A stretch of DNA of 64,000 bases from Octopus vulgaris (Eukaryota). Positions 23,769 to 39,000 of this stretch are shown one piece after another. The position numbers and the translations under genes were made by a program. The notes under the pieces are model-generated. The model did not search any database. It saw only the letters and a program-made list of their open reading frames with translations, and was not told the DNA's origin. The stretch covers positions 71,114,001 through 71,178,000 of the forward strand of contig OX597821.1 in NCBI GenBank assembly GCA_951406725.2, written 5' to 3'. Numbering within the stretch: the first letter of the stretch is position 1; each line of letters starts with the position of its first letter.

Positions 23769-26566
23769 CATGTGCCGTTATGTGTCTATGTTTGGCAAGG
23801 AAAAATGGTTCGATGCCTTTTGTGGTCTTTTATTTCCTTTATCAAATTACATTGCTTTATCTTTATTTCATGTTTGTGTTTATTTCGTATCTACTGTCTG
23901 TGTACTTTTATTGTTTAACCTTCAGTCCAACAACTTTATCCTGTAGACACAACCAATGATTTTTTTCACATCCTTGATTGCATCGTCTTCTCTCTCTCTC
24001 CACAATAAACTCCATTTACTCATGTATAATGCGATCAATAATATATTTTATCCTTTTTCTCTTACGCCCAGGTTTGTTGTTTTATTTAAAATTTTTCGCA
24101 TTTAGATACATTAAATGAGTTCCGGCTTAGGTTCATACAGCTGTGGGACTAAAAATCAAAATAACAAGATAGACTTGAGTATCCCTATTAAGTGGAACAA
24201 ATATGTGAAAACATAAAAGTCAGTTATTAGAGTGTCAGATGTGATGGTTAAGCATGTTCAAATAATTTTTATAACTTCTTTAAGATTAGCAGTATTTCGT
24301 CTGCCACTACATTCTGAGTTCAAATTCTGCCGAGGTTGACTTTGCCTTTCATCCTTTCGGAGTCGATTAATTAAGTACCAGTGGAGTTCTGGGGTCGATG
24401 TGATCGACTGTCCCCCCTCCCCACAAAATCCAGGCCTTGAAAGGATTATTATTGAGTGGGAGAGCAGTGCATGCCATCAAAGTTACACTGGAATAAAATA
24501 TACGATAACTAGTATACCCATCGTGACTACCCATCTGATAAGGGTACACTAGACACATGCATCACAACCATATGTGCACGACATGGTGATCTCATATCAA
24601 GATAAACAGTTCATGACCTTGCTGGTGGGGCCCAGTTAGAATTTTCTTCTGGTCGAGTAGCCCATCCTGCTCAAAAGGTCCCTGAATAAGGATTGTTTAA
24701 GGTTGTTGAATGAAACACCCATGTTTCCAAAGGTGAATTATCCAAACCTCTAAGAATTCCTTTCAACAAACAGCTATGATGCTCCCCCACTACTTCTGCT
24801 CATGATCAGAGATGCACATGTCAGCCACTAAGGGACATGCTCAACTGGCTATGGTCAAACATCTGACAAGCAAATCTGTGGTATTGAGCAGAATATTTGC
24901 TGTAGCCCATCTTTTATACCAAGGCGAAACAATGTACATGATAACACTTCCAATCAGTTAAGATGAGGAGCCATGAGAGCCACTGCCTGGTACTGCATCA
25001 AAATGTAGGTGTTAATATCAAAGACGGAGATGATAGAATGTTTGTATATATAACTTAGTGAGAAACAAAGTAAAAAGCGTTGAATGCCTCTGGTGGGATT
25101 TGCTAAAGTTGGCTAATATCACATTGTAGCCTTTGCTTAGATTTCTGCTGATCAGATGTTCTTTTGATGTCACTTTGATACCAAGGACAAAAGCCATTTA
25201 AAACTGCTGTTATTGTTGTTTAGCATTAAAATAAATACTTTGAACTCTCCAGGTGTAATTTGATCTCATAGCAGCATTTTAATGATTTCTTTTCCCTTTT
25301 TTTTCATTTTATTAAAATGTTGCATTCATTTGTCTGTCTGTGTATGCGTGCGTGTGTGTGTGCTTTCATTTATATGTTCTATAATGATTCATTTCATATT
25401 TATAGCTCTCACCTACTGGGCTTATATTGTTTTTTCTTTGGCTGTCCCTCATAGGTTGACATTGACTGTTGTTATCCACATGTTGGCTCCAAGGCCTACT
25501 CTTGATCTGCAGTAACAATGACATCTGTTACAGTGAAGCTACAGGATGCAACCGAGGAGTGATGCCTCTCCTCTTTTCTACTCTCTCTACTGTTTCTCCT
25601 CAATGGTTGGAATTACGAACTTCAGCAATCAGTGCCATTTATCACTCCTGTAGGTCCTTCTCCTCCCAAGTATCTGGGGAGATGCCAGAGATCTTCAAAT
25701 GTCTCTTCAGCACATCCCTGTATTGCAACCTCTGGCCAGCATAGCTCTGCCTGCTGCCCTCCTCCCTGCAGTCATGTCCCACCCAGCATAGCTGTAATGA
25801 GTTAGAAAAGGCCTCTACATCAGGAATGTAATCCTGCAACCTAATATGCAAGATAGAGTGCAGATGATGAAGTTGGACTCTCATCTGGGCCTCGATGTGC
25901 CTGCGGTAGAGGTCATGCGTTCCATGGTTTATAAGAGGCAGGAAATACTGTGGAACTGTACACCTTTATCTTCGTGTTGTGAGCAATGTTGTCATAGCAG
26001 TTCCATAGATGCTTCTTGTGAGAACCAGAAACTTTTGTGATAAACTGTATTTGCCTCTCAATTTCGAGGTCAGAAGAGTTAGTACAAGTCGTGCTGCCAA
26101 GATAGGTAAGGACCTCCATGTACTGTCACTGGCTTGGGCTCTCTCACTCTCTCTCTATTATGACATCATGGTGGGGACGGGTAGAACAGCTCAGGTTTGA
26201 AGTGTTATTCCTGAGACTAAACATGTCTGCTGTACAAGAAAACCAGTCCACAAAAGTGTAGCATGTCCTCAGTGTTGCTGGTCATGAGCTTTTTGTGGTA
26301 CCCATAAGTCTCCATCACTTTTCAAAGAGTTTTTCAGTCCACCAAGTCAAATGCCTTTAAAAGATCCACAAAGAGGGGTCAGTGTTGTTCTGCTGCTTTC
26401 TCCTGTAGTCGTTGCAGTGTGAAGATCATGTCTGTGGTTGATTTCCCTGGCCTGAAGCCACAGTGACTCTCTGCTAGACTTGCTATGAGATGTTTTTCAG
26501 TTAGCTGAGAAGGATTTTTGCTAACACCTTGCCAGCAATGGCCTACAGTATTGGCCTGTATGTATG

Positions 26567-26612
<46 letters not shown>

Positions 26613-27352
26613 CACACACTCACACGTTTTTTATATATATATATATATATATATCATCATCATCATCATCATCCGGTTTCCATGCTAGCATGGGTTGGAC
26701 GATTTGACCAGTGTCTGGTAAGCCATGGAGGCTGCACCAGGCTCCAGTCTGGTTTGACAGTGTTTCTACAGCTGGATGCCCTTCCTAACGCCAACCACTC
26801 CGTGAGTGTAGTGGGTGTTTTTTACATGCCACCGGCACAGGGGCCAGAGAAGGCTGGCAAACGGCCACGATTGGTTGGTGCTTTTACGTGTCACCACCAC
26901 GGACGCCAGTCGGGCGGCGCTGGCATCTGCCACGTTTGGATGGTGCTTTTTACATGTCACCGGCACAGGTGTCTTAACTACAATTTCCATTTGATTTTTA
27001 TTTTCATGTTGGTGTTGACATACTTAACTCAATAGGTCTCCTCGAGAACAGTGGGTCACTCTATGATCCAAGGTTAGCACAGCAGGCCGTCCTGCGAGCC
27101 ATGAACTCACTTCATTTGTCGGGTCTTCACAGTCACAGCATATCTCAGTCTTCGTCATTTCCTCTGTGAGGCCCTACATGCCACCGGCATGGGTATCACA
27201 ACTACAATATCCATAAGATTTTTATTTTGATGTTGATGGACAAGTGCAGCAGGCCGTCCTGCAAGCCATGAACTCACTTCATTTGTCGGGTCTTCGAAGT
27301 CACAGCCTCCAGAGATATATATTTCTACACACACACACACACTCACATATGT

Positions 27353-27387
<35 letters not shown>

Positions 27388-29092
27388 ATGTGTGTGTGTG
27401 TACCATTGGCGATTATTTTTTTCCTCCGTCTTCCCTTCTCTGGATCTTTCCTTTTCCTATGTTTCTGACGAAGAGCTCCGTTAAACCCTCCTTCCCTTCC
27501 TTCCTGAGAGTCCAATAATACTATATTTGTTCCACGTCCTCGTGTTGTTGTGTTTTCATGTTTGGATTAACTATATATATATATATATATACATTGTATA
27601 CATATGTTTGTGTGTGTATGTATATATACATACATATATATATGTTGATGGCTTCCATTATCTAGGTGACTAAGTCAGCATTGGAGGTGGATACTGTGAG
27701 AGCGTAGCTGCAAGAACAAGAATAAGATGGGCAAAGTTCAGAGAGCTTCTACCTTTGTTGGTAACAAAGGGCCTCTCCCTCAGAATGAGAGGCAGACTGT
27801 ATGTTGCCTGTGTGCAAACAACTATGCTCCACAGCTGTGAAATGTGGGCTGTCATTGCAGAGAACCTGCGAAGGCTTGAAAGAAATGAAGCTGTTATGCT
27901 TCACTGGATGTGCAGTGTCAGTGGGCATGAGCGACAGAGCATAAACATTTTGGGAGAAAAACTGGACATAAGTGACATCAGATGCAGTGTGCAAGACAGA
28001 CAAATGCTCTGGTATGGTCATGTGGTGTGTATGGACATGAACAGCTTTGTAAAAAAGTGCCAATCTCTAACTATGGAGGGAACCTGTGGAAGACGTAGAC
28101 CCAGGAAGACATGGGATGAGGTGGTGAAGCATGATCTTTGAATGTTTGACCTCACAGGGGTGCTGACAATGACTGAGACCTTGGCCATATGCTGTGTTTG
28201 AGAAGTCTCATCAAGCCAAGGGAAACTGTAGTCGTAACCATTGCCAGCGTCATGTAAATGGCACCTGTGCTGGTGGCACGTAAAAAGCACCTATTACACT
28301 CTTGGAGGGGTTGGCATCTGGATAGAAACTGAGCCAGACCAGACTGGAGCTTGGTGCAGCTCTCTGGCTTCCCAGTTCCAGTCAAACTGTCTAACCCATG
28401 CCACCATGGAAAGCAGACGTTATATGATGCTAAATGATGATGATGATGATATAAGTGCAGGGGTGACTCTGTCATAAGAAGTTTGCTTCCCAATCACAGG
28501 TTCTGGGTTCAGTCCCACTCTGTGACACCTTGGGTAAAGGTCTTCTACTATAGCTCTGGACCTACCAAACTCTTGTGAATGGATTTGGTAGACAGGAGCT
28601 GAAAGAAGCCATTCACGTGTGTGTGTGTGTGTGTGTGTTACTGTCTCCTTATGACATTACATGATAGATGCAAACAAGCGTCATCGTCTTGCATCTGATG
28701 TCTCTCCTTTCCAATCTTCCATAAAAACATGTCTGGTCAAGGCAAAATATGTTTGGAAACAGATAAGCGTTGGCAACCAGAAGGGTATCCAGCTGTAGAA
28801 AATTTGCTTCAATAAACCCATGCAAGCATCATGATGATGATGATCATCATCATCATCATGGTATATATCAGATAAGCAAGGATTAATAAATTGAAGCTGA
28901 TTCCTCAATCAGCACTCTTACAGTTATTATCTAACAAAGTTTATATAAAAGTGGATGATGACCCTTGAAGAAAACCATCCATAAAATCTGAAATTCCAGT
29001 CAGCATAATTCTTAACATTGGAGAATGGAATTTATGGTATTACATTTAATTGTTCATTCAAAGCTGATTATCACCATTCTGTCATTGTTCAC

Positions 29093-29158
<66 letters not shown>

Positions 29159-30014
29159 GTATGTATGTATGCATGTTATGTGTATATATGTGTGTGTGTG
29201 TGTATGTATGTATGTTATGTGAATGTGTGTGTGTATGTATGTGTGTGTTTATATCTATGTATATTTGAGTGTTTGTATATATAGAAGAGAGAGAGAGAGA
29301 GAGAGGGAAAGAAACGACCCAACATTCAGTTGATGAGCCTTTGAAAAGTTTTAAATGAAATGAAATGTCTATGAATAGACTGTCACATATACAAATGCAT
29401 CTAAATAGACTTCTTTCATACAATAGATGCTATGTGGCACCTAATAAATGATGTCCAACTTAGTCTCGGATTTGGAGTCTGCCCCAAATTTGAGACTGAT
29501 CTGGCAATAAACATTAGTCAAATTGATTGCATATCTTTAATTAGTGTTATCATCTAATTAGAATCTTATATATATACTAGCAGCATTGCCCGGGTATGTA
29601 AGAGCCCCTAGTAGGCAACGACTAATCCCAATCTAGTCCTTTCCCTCTAGGGAACGAAGGCGCATGTGTAGGTTGCAATGTCTTCTCTTCACTCAAATAC
29701 TTCTGTGTATATGATGTTCCTAGCTGTCCCTTTGGGCGAAAACATGAAAACATCATTGCGCCTCCCAACGCGTGAACAGCCCACATACAGTCCAGAAAAT
29801 GTGTTGCATATAAAAAGCTTAGATTCTCGACCCCATGTCGAATTTATCGATTTTTTCAGAACTGGGGGAACTTTTCAAAATTTTCCCTGCGTTAGTTTTG
29901 AATTATGACATTGGGCTATTTGTGTGTCAAGTTTCATCAGAATCGGTTGAAAGCCGTGGTCAGGGTGAGGGTACAACCTGACAGACACACAGACAGACAA
30001 ACTGCCGTTTATAT

Positions 30015-30058
<44 letters not shown>

Positions 30059-33000
30059 TGTGTGTATAGAATGGCATAAGTTCATTCATGTGTGTGTGTG
30101 TGTGCACTAGCATAGCTTTTCAATCTGTCCTGGGCAGTAGGGGCAATATGCTTCAGAAGGGGCTTTTAAAGGGGTGACACTTGAGTCTGCTGTAGGCAAT
30201 ATGTGCTTTTTGTGGAGTCCTGGGGCAGCAAACAGAAGGGCTGCCCCTGGGTGGCACACACTCTAGCTACGCTAATGTGTGTGTATACATGCATATATAC
30301 CTTTCACCATAAGAGTGAATTTGCCATTAGAACTTAAAATATGTCCCAAATATTTCTTAACCAACCCAAAATTCATTTATTCCTAATCGCTACTTGGCGT
30401 TGGTGCTGTTGGATTTATCCCAGCCAGGCAGTCGAATAGCACTGATGATGTGGATGCTTTTCAGTTAAAGCTATGGCTTTGATTCTGCTTAGGGTTATCT
30501 TTCATGGCTACACAAACAGCTAAGCTACATGGCAATGAGACATGGTCTGTGACTTCTGAGGATATTCAAAGGCTTGAAAGAAATAAACCTTCGTGCTCCA
30601 CTGGATTGGTAATATCAGTGAGCATATACGACAGGGTGTAAGTGATTTGAAAGAAAAACCGAGTACACGGTGCATTAGATGTAGGGTGCAGGTGAGAAGG
30701 CTGCACTGGTATGGCCGTGTAATGCATATGAATGAAGGCAGTTGCATCAAGAAGTGTTGATCCCTAATTGTGGAGGGAACATGGGGAAGGGGTAGACCTT
30801 GGAAGATGTGGGATGAAGTGGTGAGAAAGGATCTTCAGACATTGGATCTCACAGAGGGATGGCAGGGGACCGAGGCTCCTGGCGATTTGCTGTGCTTGAG
30901 AAAACCATTCAAGCTAAGTAAAACTGTGGCTGTCCGTGCATCCCTTGCCAGATGAGCATTTCTAATGCTGCAGGTTTTTGGGTTCCATCTAAAAAGCACC
31001 TAGCACACTCTCTAAAGTGGTTGGCGTTAGGAAGGGCATCCAGTTGTAGAAACCATGTTGGGCAGCTCCTGTCAGACCATCCAACCCATGCCAACATAGA
31101 AAACAGATGTTAAAATGATGATGATGATGATGATTAAAAGCTAAAAGTAGTGAACTTAAGTTATAAATAAGTGACAAGATGATGGTTATCATCATCATCA
31201 TCATAATTTACCATCCATTTTCCATGCAGGCATGGGTTAGACAGTTTGGCTGGAACTGGTAAGCTGGAGAGCTGCAGCAAGTTCCACCTATCTGGTTTGG
31301 TATGGTTTCTATGGCTGGTTGCCCTTCCTTATATGCCAACCACTCCATAGAGTGTACTGGGTGCCTTTTACATGCCACCAGTTATCATTGCAATTATTCT
31401 TCCTGGATCAAAATTAATCCATCCAGAACTTTGTTCTACATAATCAGCTGCCCCCCCCCCCCCCTCACACACACACACACACATTTCTGGCCTTGTAGCC
31501 ATGTTGGAAATCATCATCAGCACCTTTCGTGCGTTGGGCCTCACGGAGGCAAGGACCGAGTCCTTTGCCATCATGTCATGCTTGGGAAGGAGACCCATGA
31601 AACCAAGCAAAATCACAGTTGTGGCAGATACCAGTGTCATGCAAATGGCACCCGTGCCAGTGGCACGTAAAAGCACCCATTACACTCTCAGAGTGGTTGA
31701 CATTAGGAAGGGCATCCAGCTGTAGAAACATGTCAAATTAGACTGGGATCTGGTGCAGCCTTCCAGCTTCCCAGCTCTGGTCAAACTGTCCAACCCTTGC
31801 CAGCATGGACAACAGACACTAAATGATGACAATGATGATCGTCATCATCATCATCATCAGTAAGGCAACATGTTGGATACAAAGCTTCGAGGCATTTCTT
31901 CTACCGACGTTGATTTTTGCCTTTAAATCTTTCAGAGTCAATACAGTAAATACCAGTTGGATACTGAGGTTCATTGTAATCAATGATCCCTTCCCTAGCT
32001 TGGCAGAATAGTTGGGGCATTGGAGAAAATGTCCTAACCCATGACATTCTGAGTTCAAATTCTGTTATGGTCAACTTTGCTTTTCATCATTCTGTGGTCC
32101 CTGAAATCAAGGACTGAGGTCTTTGTGTAAATCCTTAATTGTTAAGTAAAGAAATTATTATTGTCATTCAGGTGGCAAGTTGGTAGAACTGTCAGCATGC
32201 CCAACAAAATGCTGCTAAGTGGCATCTCTTCAGGCTCTTTATATTCTGAGTTCAAATCCCACTGAGGTAAGCTTGGCCCTTCATCCTTTCAGAGTCAATA
32301 AAATAAGTACCAGTTGTGTACTGGGGTTGATATAATTGACATTGCCCCTCCCTTCGGATTTCAGTTGAAAGGATTATTAATATTATCGTTTCTAAAAAAA
32401 AAAACAAAAAGAAAAAAAAAGAAAATGAAAACATTTATTTTGAACAATCTCTTCTCTTCTCTTTTTCCATAGCTGGAACCGTATATGGATGAAGGCTTCA
32501 TCACTCAGGCTTTTAGTTATTTTGGGGAAACAGTTGTCAGTGTGAAAATCATACGCAACAAACAGACTGGGTAAGTCCGAATCTATCAAAGACATCATTA
32601 TTAACCCTTTGGCATTCAGATTTCTCAATCAAATCTAATGTCTATTTATTTCCATTGTTTTGAAGAATTAATTATGCATCATCTTGGAGCTTCAAGCTTT
32701 CAACAATGTGCTTGTTTATTTTTTTTTAATGGCATGGCAGGGAAGGTATGAGAGGCTGGATCTGGTCAGTTGAACATAAAACAGGTAGAGTATTTGTACT
32801 GGATGTGGTTGGCTTAAATGCTAGCGTTAAACTAAATCATCCTTGAAGAACACCTTTGGTGAGGTTTTCCCAAATTGACCAATTCTAAAATAACTTGTGT
32901 AGCACCATCATCACTTGGATGCATTCTTTATTCCTTGATTTTGGAGAAAACTTATTCATATCATACACTAACAGTATCGCCCAGCGTTGCTCGGATTTGT

Positions 33001-36000
33001 TTCGACCCTTTAGAATTAGAATTTTTGAAAAGTAAAAATTTTGCATTATGTAGCTTGTTATTCTCTTTAAGTCAACATTTTTCTGGTTGAAATACACTGA
33101 AAAATGGCGACACAGCAGTAAAAAAAATCGTAAATAATTTCTGGTGTTAACATGGTCTAATTTGAATTTTTTCTTCTACAGAAGGTAGAGCAAGCCTTCT
33201 TCTATCATACTCTCAATTTAGGTCAACTTGCGCCGCAGGGTCTCGGAGGAGATAGTGTTAGTTGAAGGCTACCAAACCTGCCATACACAGTCAACTTCAG
33301 CTTTATAAATAGAGAGATTACTAAAGAATGTTAAGTTAGGTTCACATTTTAACACACCTGACACTTTGATTGTTAAACAAACACCTCATTAGCTTGTTTA
33401 TATTATCAAAGCTTTCCATTGCAATTTTATCTAAGAACCCCTCTGTGTGTGTGTGTGTATTTTCCTCGTCTTTTTCCAATTCTGATTGAAATTCACCTTT
33501 GCAACCTTATGGTTTCAAGATCAGTCTCACTGCTTGACACCTTGAATAAAGGGTCTTCTGTTATAACCCTGGGTCAACCAATACCTTGTTGACTGTCAAT
33601 ACTTCTATCATACTCCAACCTCTGATGTTTCTTCCTGGTATTCTTATTCTAGCAATTACACTTTCTGTACAACCCCCTGCATTGCTAATTAGGTCACCTA
33701 CTTCGAAATTATGTACAAACTCCAGAGAGCCTACAGGATCATCATCATTTAACGTTCATTTTCCATGCTGGCATGGTTTGGACAGTTCGACTGGCGTCTG
33801 GGAAGTCAAGAAGCTGCACCAGGCCCCAATCTGGTCTGGCAGTGTTTCTACAGCTGGATGCCCTTCCTAATGCCAACCACTCTGAGAGTGTAGTGGGTGC
33901 TTTTTATGTGCCACCGGCACAGAAGCCAGTCAAAGTGGCACTGGCATCAGCCACGTTCGGATGGTGCTTTTTACGTGCTACCGGCATGGGGCCCACAACT
34001 ACAATTTCCATCTGATGTTGATGTACTTGACTCAATAGGTCTCCTCAAGAATGGCATGTCGCCCTATGATCCAAGGTACTTTTGAGTGAGCTGGTTATGC
34101 AACACTGGTGTAGGTTACAGCTGTGGGCAATATTTGAGGAAACCAGTTTTCCCTTTGTATCTGTGGTCATTATGGCTCCTCTACATCTTCTGCCCACACA
34201 AAGAACTACTTTCTCTGTTAACCATCCTACTATTCCACTGCACCTTTTAAGTGTCCATAGCTTGCACTGGGGACACCAAATGGAATTTCTGCCTACACCC
34301 TTCCTACATATCAAGCAGGGCTATTTATCTGAAGGTGAAGGGTCCTGTCCAATTTCTTGCTTACTGGTCTTTGCTAAGCTAACCTAAGACCCTTTGATTC
34401 CTGGTTCTGTTTTCACACCTCAGGATTCTTTCAGTTTCCATCTACCAAATCCACTCACAAGGCTATATTTGAAGACACTTACCCAAGTTGCCATGCAGTG
34501 GAACTGAACCCAGAACCATGTGGTTGGGAAGAAAATTTCTTACCTACGACCATGCCTTTCTCTTCGTAATCTATTTTCTGTTTGTTTCTTTTGCAGAGTG
34601 CCTGCCGGTTACTGTTTTGTTGAACTTTCTTCTCCAGAGATGGCACACCGTGCCATGCTAAGACTGAATGGCAAGATTGTGCCTAACAGTATACCTGTAA
34701 TTACATTATCTCTCTTTTAATGTCTCATTTCATTTAAATCTCCATTGATTTTGATATTTTATTGGCAAAACGCTGGCAAATCAATGTTTCATATAAGGTC
34801 TGAGAGAAGTGATAGTACATTGTCAACTTAATGTGGCAGTCCCATAAAAGGGAAGAATGCTACTGTTATTTAGCCCTAGGAAACACCGTTTCCTGTTGGA
34901 CTTGACACATTTTCTATGTCAAGTCCAACAGGATCTCAACCCTACCGAAAATCTTTGGTCCATCATTAAACAAGATGTTTATGCTGATAAATGCCAATTC
35001 ATGCTGAAAGATGTCTTGTAGATGAACATTAAAAGGTACAGCAGAGGCAGTCCAACCTGCTACTGTTAAGGAATTGACAGATTCCATGACCAATAGGGTT
35101 TTTGAAGTTATCCATCGAAATGGTGCTCATGTGGCTAAATAATTCATTATATCAATAAATGTTATAATATTATTATGGTCTTCTGTTAAATATATACTCA
35201 ATGTAAGCTTAATATGTATCATTACCCTTCATTTTCTGGAAAAAAAACACAATGTCTAGATGGACTGTTTTCATTGAAAAGCTATTGGCATGGTTCACCC
35301 AAAAAGTGAAGAATCTGAAATAAAAAAGAAAGGACATCACACAGAATAATGGAAACATAACAATGGTGTTGCCATAGGGTGCAAACCAGCTGGGAAACGT
35401 TTATCAAAACTGATTCACAGAAAACCAAGAAATCCTAAGTTTCACTCATAAGCTATTAGCATGGTTCCGGGTGTATATATACAAGGTCTGATTTATAAGT
35501 ATCCAGACTGTTGCCATGGTAACAAAGATAAAGCATGCAGAGTGAAGCCACTTTGTGCAGATTGGGCTTGACCTCTGCTGTGCATGCACACTAAGTTTTA
35601 ACGTTCTAGTTCTCTTCCTCTGTTTATATTCACCATGACAGAAAAAGTTGTCTCAGAAATACCTGCTCAGAGACCTTAGCAAAGTTGCAGGAAGTGTACG
35701 GAGAGGAGTGTATGCGCTGCACACAAGTGTACGAGTGGTTCAGACGTTTCTAAGGTGGCTGGAAAAATGTTGATATTGACAAACATTCTGGGAGACCCCG
35801 CAACCAGCAGAACTGAGAAATACATTGTAGATGCACGTGCAGCTGTGAGGGGAAATCATCGAATCACCATCCGTGAGCATCAGAGGATGTGCAGATTAGT
35901 TACGGTTCAGATCAGTGTATCATCACCGAAGATTTGGGTATGGGATGCGTGTTTGTGTCAAAACAACTTTCAGCTGACCAGAAGGACAATCAGATTTCAG

Positions 36001-39000
36001 TTGAACAAGATCACCTTGACTGTGTCGAGAACAATATAAACTTTTTGAAAATTTTGTGTAGGACTCTGAGCAGGTATTGCCAAACTTTTGGCAAAAATTT
36101 GATGCAGATTCTCTGCTCAACTTTCTCTCTCATGGTCAATGTGATGATCACATGCTACACAGCTTCCTTCCAAGCACTGCTGTAAACAGCTGAAGTCAGC
36201 TAGACCATTAAAACTTAGTGGTGCACATGGAAAGTCAATCTGTGCCAAGCAGCTTCACTCTGCATGCTTTAGCTTTGTTGCTATGGCAACAGTCCGGATA
36301 CTTATTGGTCAGACCGCATATATTATAAACTAAGTTTATTCCTTCGTTGTAATTAGCATTGTTATGGTTTTATTATGATGCGGAAACATTCTACCTGAAG
36401 TCCCGTTGAGGTTCATGGTCTTGTGAATTGCATGACAGGCTCACTAATGCATGATGTGGTCCTTAAATCCATTGGATCTTGTCAAACCATCCAACTGATG
36501 CCAGCAGGGAAGATGGATATGAAATGATGAAGAGGAGTGAGGATCAGTTTCTGCATAGTTTCTCTGCCAAATTCTTAGTCAAATGCCACAAACTGGAAAT
36601 AACCTCTACTTTGATGGGACTGTGTTATCAGGAAATGGATGAAGTCCTCATTTCTGTCACTATTATTACTGTAATCCCTCTGCTTTGAAGATACTAACTG
36701 TGGTTCCACCTTAACCACTCAGCAACTAAATGCCTCCCCAGATTTTGTTTCCTGACATAATTCACCTTTTGTATCAATGTTGTTTTTAGTGAAGATTTAA
36801 ATTTTTTTTAATTCTCTTTTTTTATCATTTTCCCAGCCAAAACGCTTTAAATTAAACAGAGCCAGTTATGGAAAAGAACATTTATCAACGTAAGTATTTT
36901 TCTATTTATTTGATATCCATCGGTGGTGTTCATGCCAGAGCCACTGCTAGAACTTCTCAAGGACATTGCAGATTCTTTTGTTTCTTGAATTCATCACAAT
37001 GTTGGAAACACTTCCATGTCCTCAGCAGGTATCCCAGGGTCACAAGCGTTTTGCCCCTTTGCCTCTACACTCGGTACCCAGAGTGGGGCAGTGAAGAGTG
37101 AATTAGTCTTCACCTGTGGAAGAGTTCCACTTGCAAGTCTCTTGTCAACCATTACCACCTTGGGCCTGTTTCATCGGCCCATTGCCTCTTGGTGTCTGTT
37201 TTCATTTGTTTGAATTTCAGACCAATCTTCTTCAGGAAAATCTGCACTGGTCAAACTGGGAAGCCATGGCAACCAACTTGAATTAGGGATGAGTCCAGAT
37301 ACCATCCCTTAACAAGGGACCCATCAAACAAATCCTGATATCTGGGGTGTTCTTCTTTTCTTGAGTTGATGAGAAATGTTGAGTCTGTCCTCTTGAGGTA
37401 CCATAAATCCAACAATGGTAATTGTTTTTGCATTCTTAGAGAGCAGTAACAGTCCCTCTTGATCTTTGAGATATGGGCCCCAACTAATTTCTGGTTTTAT
37501 TTTATTTAGTTGTGTGGTTAAAGTGCTTGACTATTGACCACTAGGTCATAAGTTCAATTCTTCCTTTAGTCAAAGTACCAGTTATATCCTAAGAATTTTT
37601 TCAGTTTTCTTTCTTTCCTTTCAAATGTGTGAGATTATGACAATGCAAAAAATTATTTTAGGTCTTAAACACATAAATCTAAACAAGGTCCTTGTTTCAT
37701 GGTGAATGTGTTTCTCTTTCCTTTCACAGTCCGGAATATTCCTTGTTTGTTGGAGACCTCTCTGATGATGTTGATGACTATGAACTGTACAGTGCTTTCT
37801 CAAAATGCTTCCGTTCCTGCAGTGCTGCTAAAGGTGAGAATCGAAAGAACATCCTCCCTGACTTACAACTTTCCATAATTAATTGCTGCTGATTTTGAGT
37901 AGCAGTGCTTAATTAGCTAGACTGGTTTTGAGAAGTCTCCGGGCCCCACAGTTTGAATAAGTTGGCAGCCGATGAGAAATAATGGCTCACAGACTTTAAC
38001 CCTTTAGTGTTTGCATCATTCTGCCAAAATTAATGTTTTTTTTTTTTTTATCCACATTGTTTTGAACTAATCATGCATTATCTTGTAGCTATGAGATTTT
38101 GATGAGGAAGCTGTTAATTTTTCAAACGATATTGTAGGGTTGGTGTGAGAGACCAGATCTGGCCATTTTGAACATAAAACAGGCTGAATACTTTTGGCTG
38201 GATATAACCGGTTTAAATGCTAAAAAGTTAAAGGTGGACAGTTATTAGGAAATTTGAATAACAAAACAGTTCAGGGCCTTTGTTTAAGTTAGTTGTGATA
38301 AATCTTGAATGGCAAAGTTACAGGTCCTCAGACTGAAGAATTCAACTGCAAGTACAAAATCCAAGCTTCCAGGCTAAGATTGGCAACTGCTAGGAAAATT
38401 GGATAGCAAAAAGATAATCAACGAAGGTATTGATTGGGGTAAGGATGTGGCATGAGGTCAAATACTCTGAAAATCTTATTTGGAATAGGTACAAGCCTGG
38501 TTGTGTGGTTTAGAAGCTTCTATCCTAACAATGTGGTTTCAGGTTCAATCCCACTGCTTAGCACTCTGAGCTAAGACGATCAACCTGGGTCTGCTTTAGA
38601 CCCAGGTTGACCAAAGCTGTATCAGTGGATTTGGTGGACGGAAACTGAAAAGAAGCTTGTACACTGGCACATGCTTATGCATACATGTGTGTGTGTGTGC
38701 CTTTGTCTTGGCACAATGTGTTGCATGGAAACGGATGAAGATTTATAACAGGAAAGGTATCGGTCTGTAGAAAATCTGCCTCAATGAATTCTGCTTGACC
38801 CATGCAAGCATTGGAAAACTGGACATTAAAATGCTGCTTGAATAGTGGGTCACACAACCAAATATTCTTTTATTCTTGTACTGGATTGATCACACATTGA
38901 TAGACACCATGAATGGTCAAGCTATCATCTCTTTATTTGGCGAGAGATTTAATCCGTTATATGGCTTATCACCACCATATATCTTTAATAGAGTTCACTT

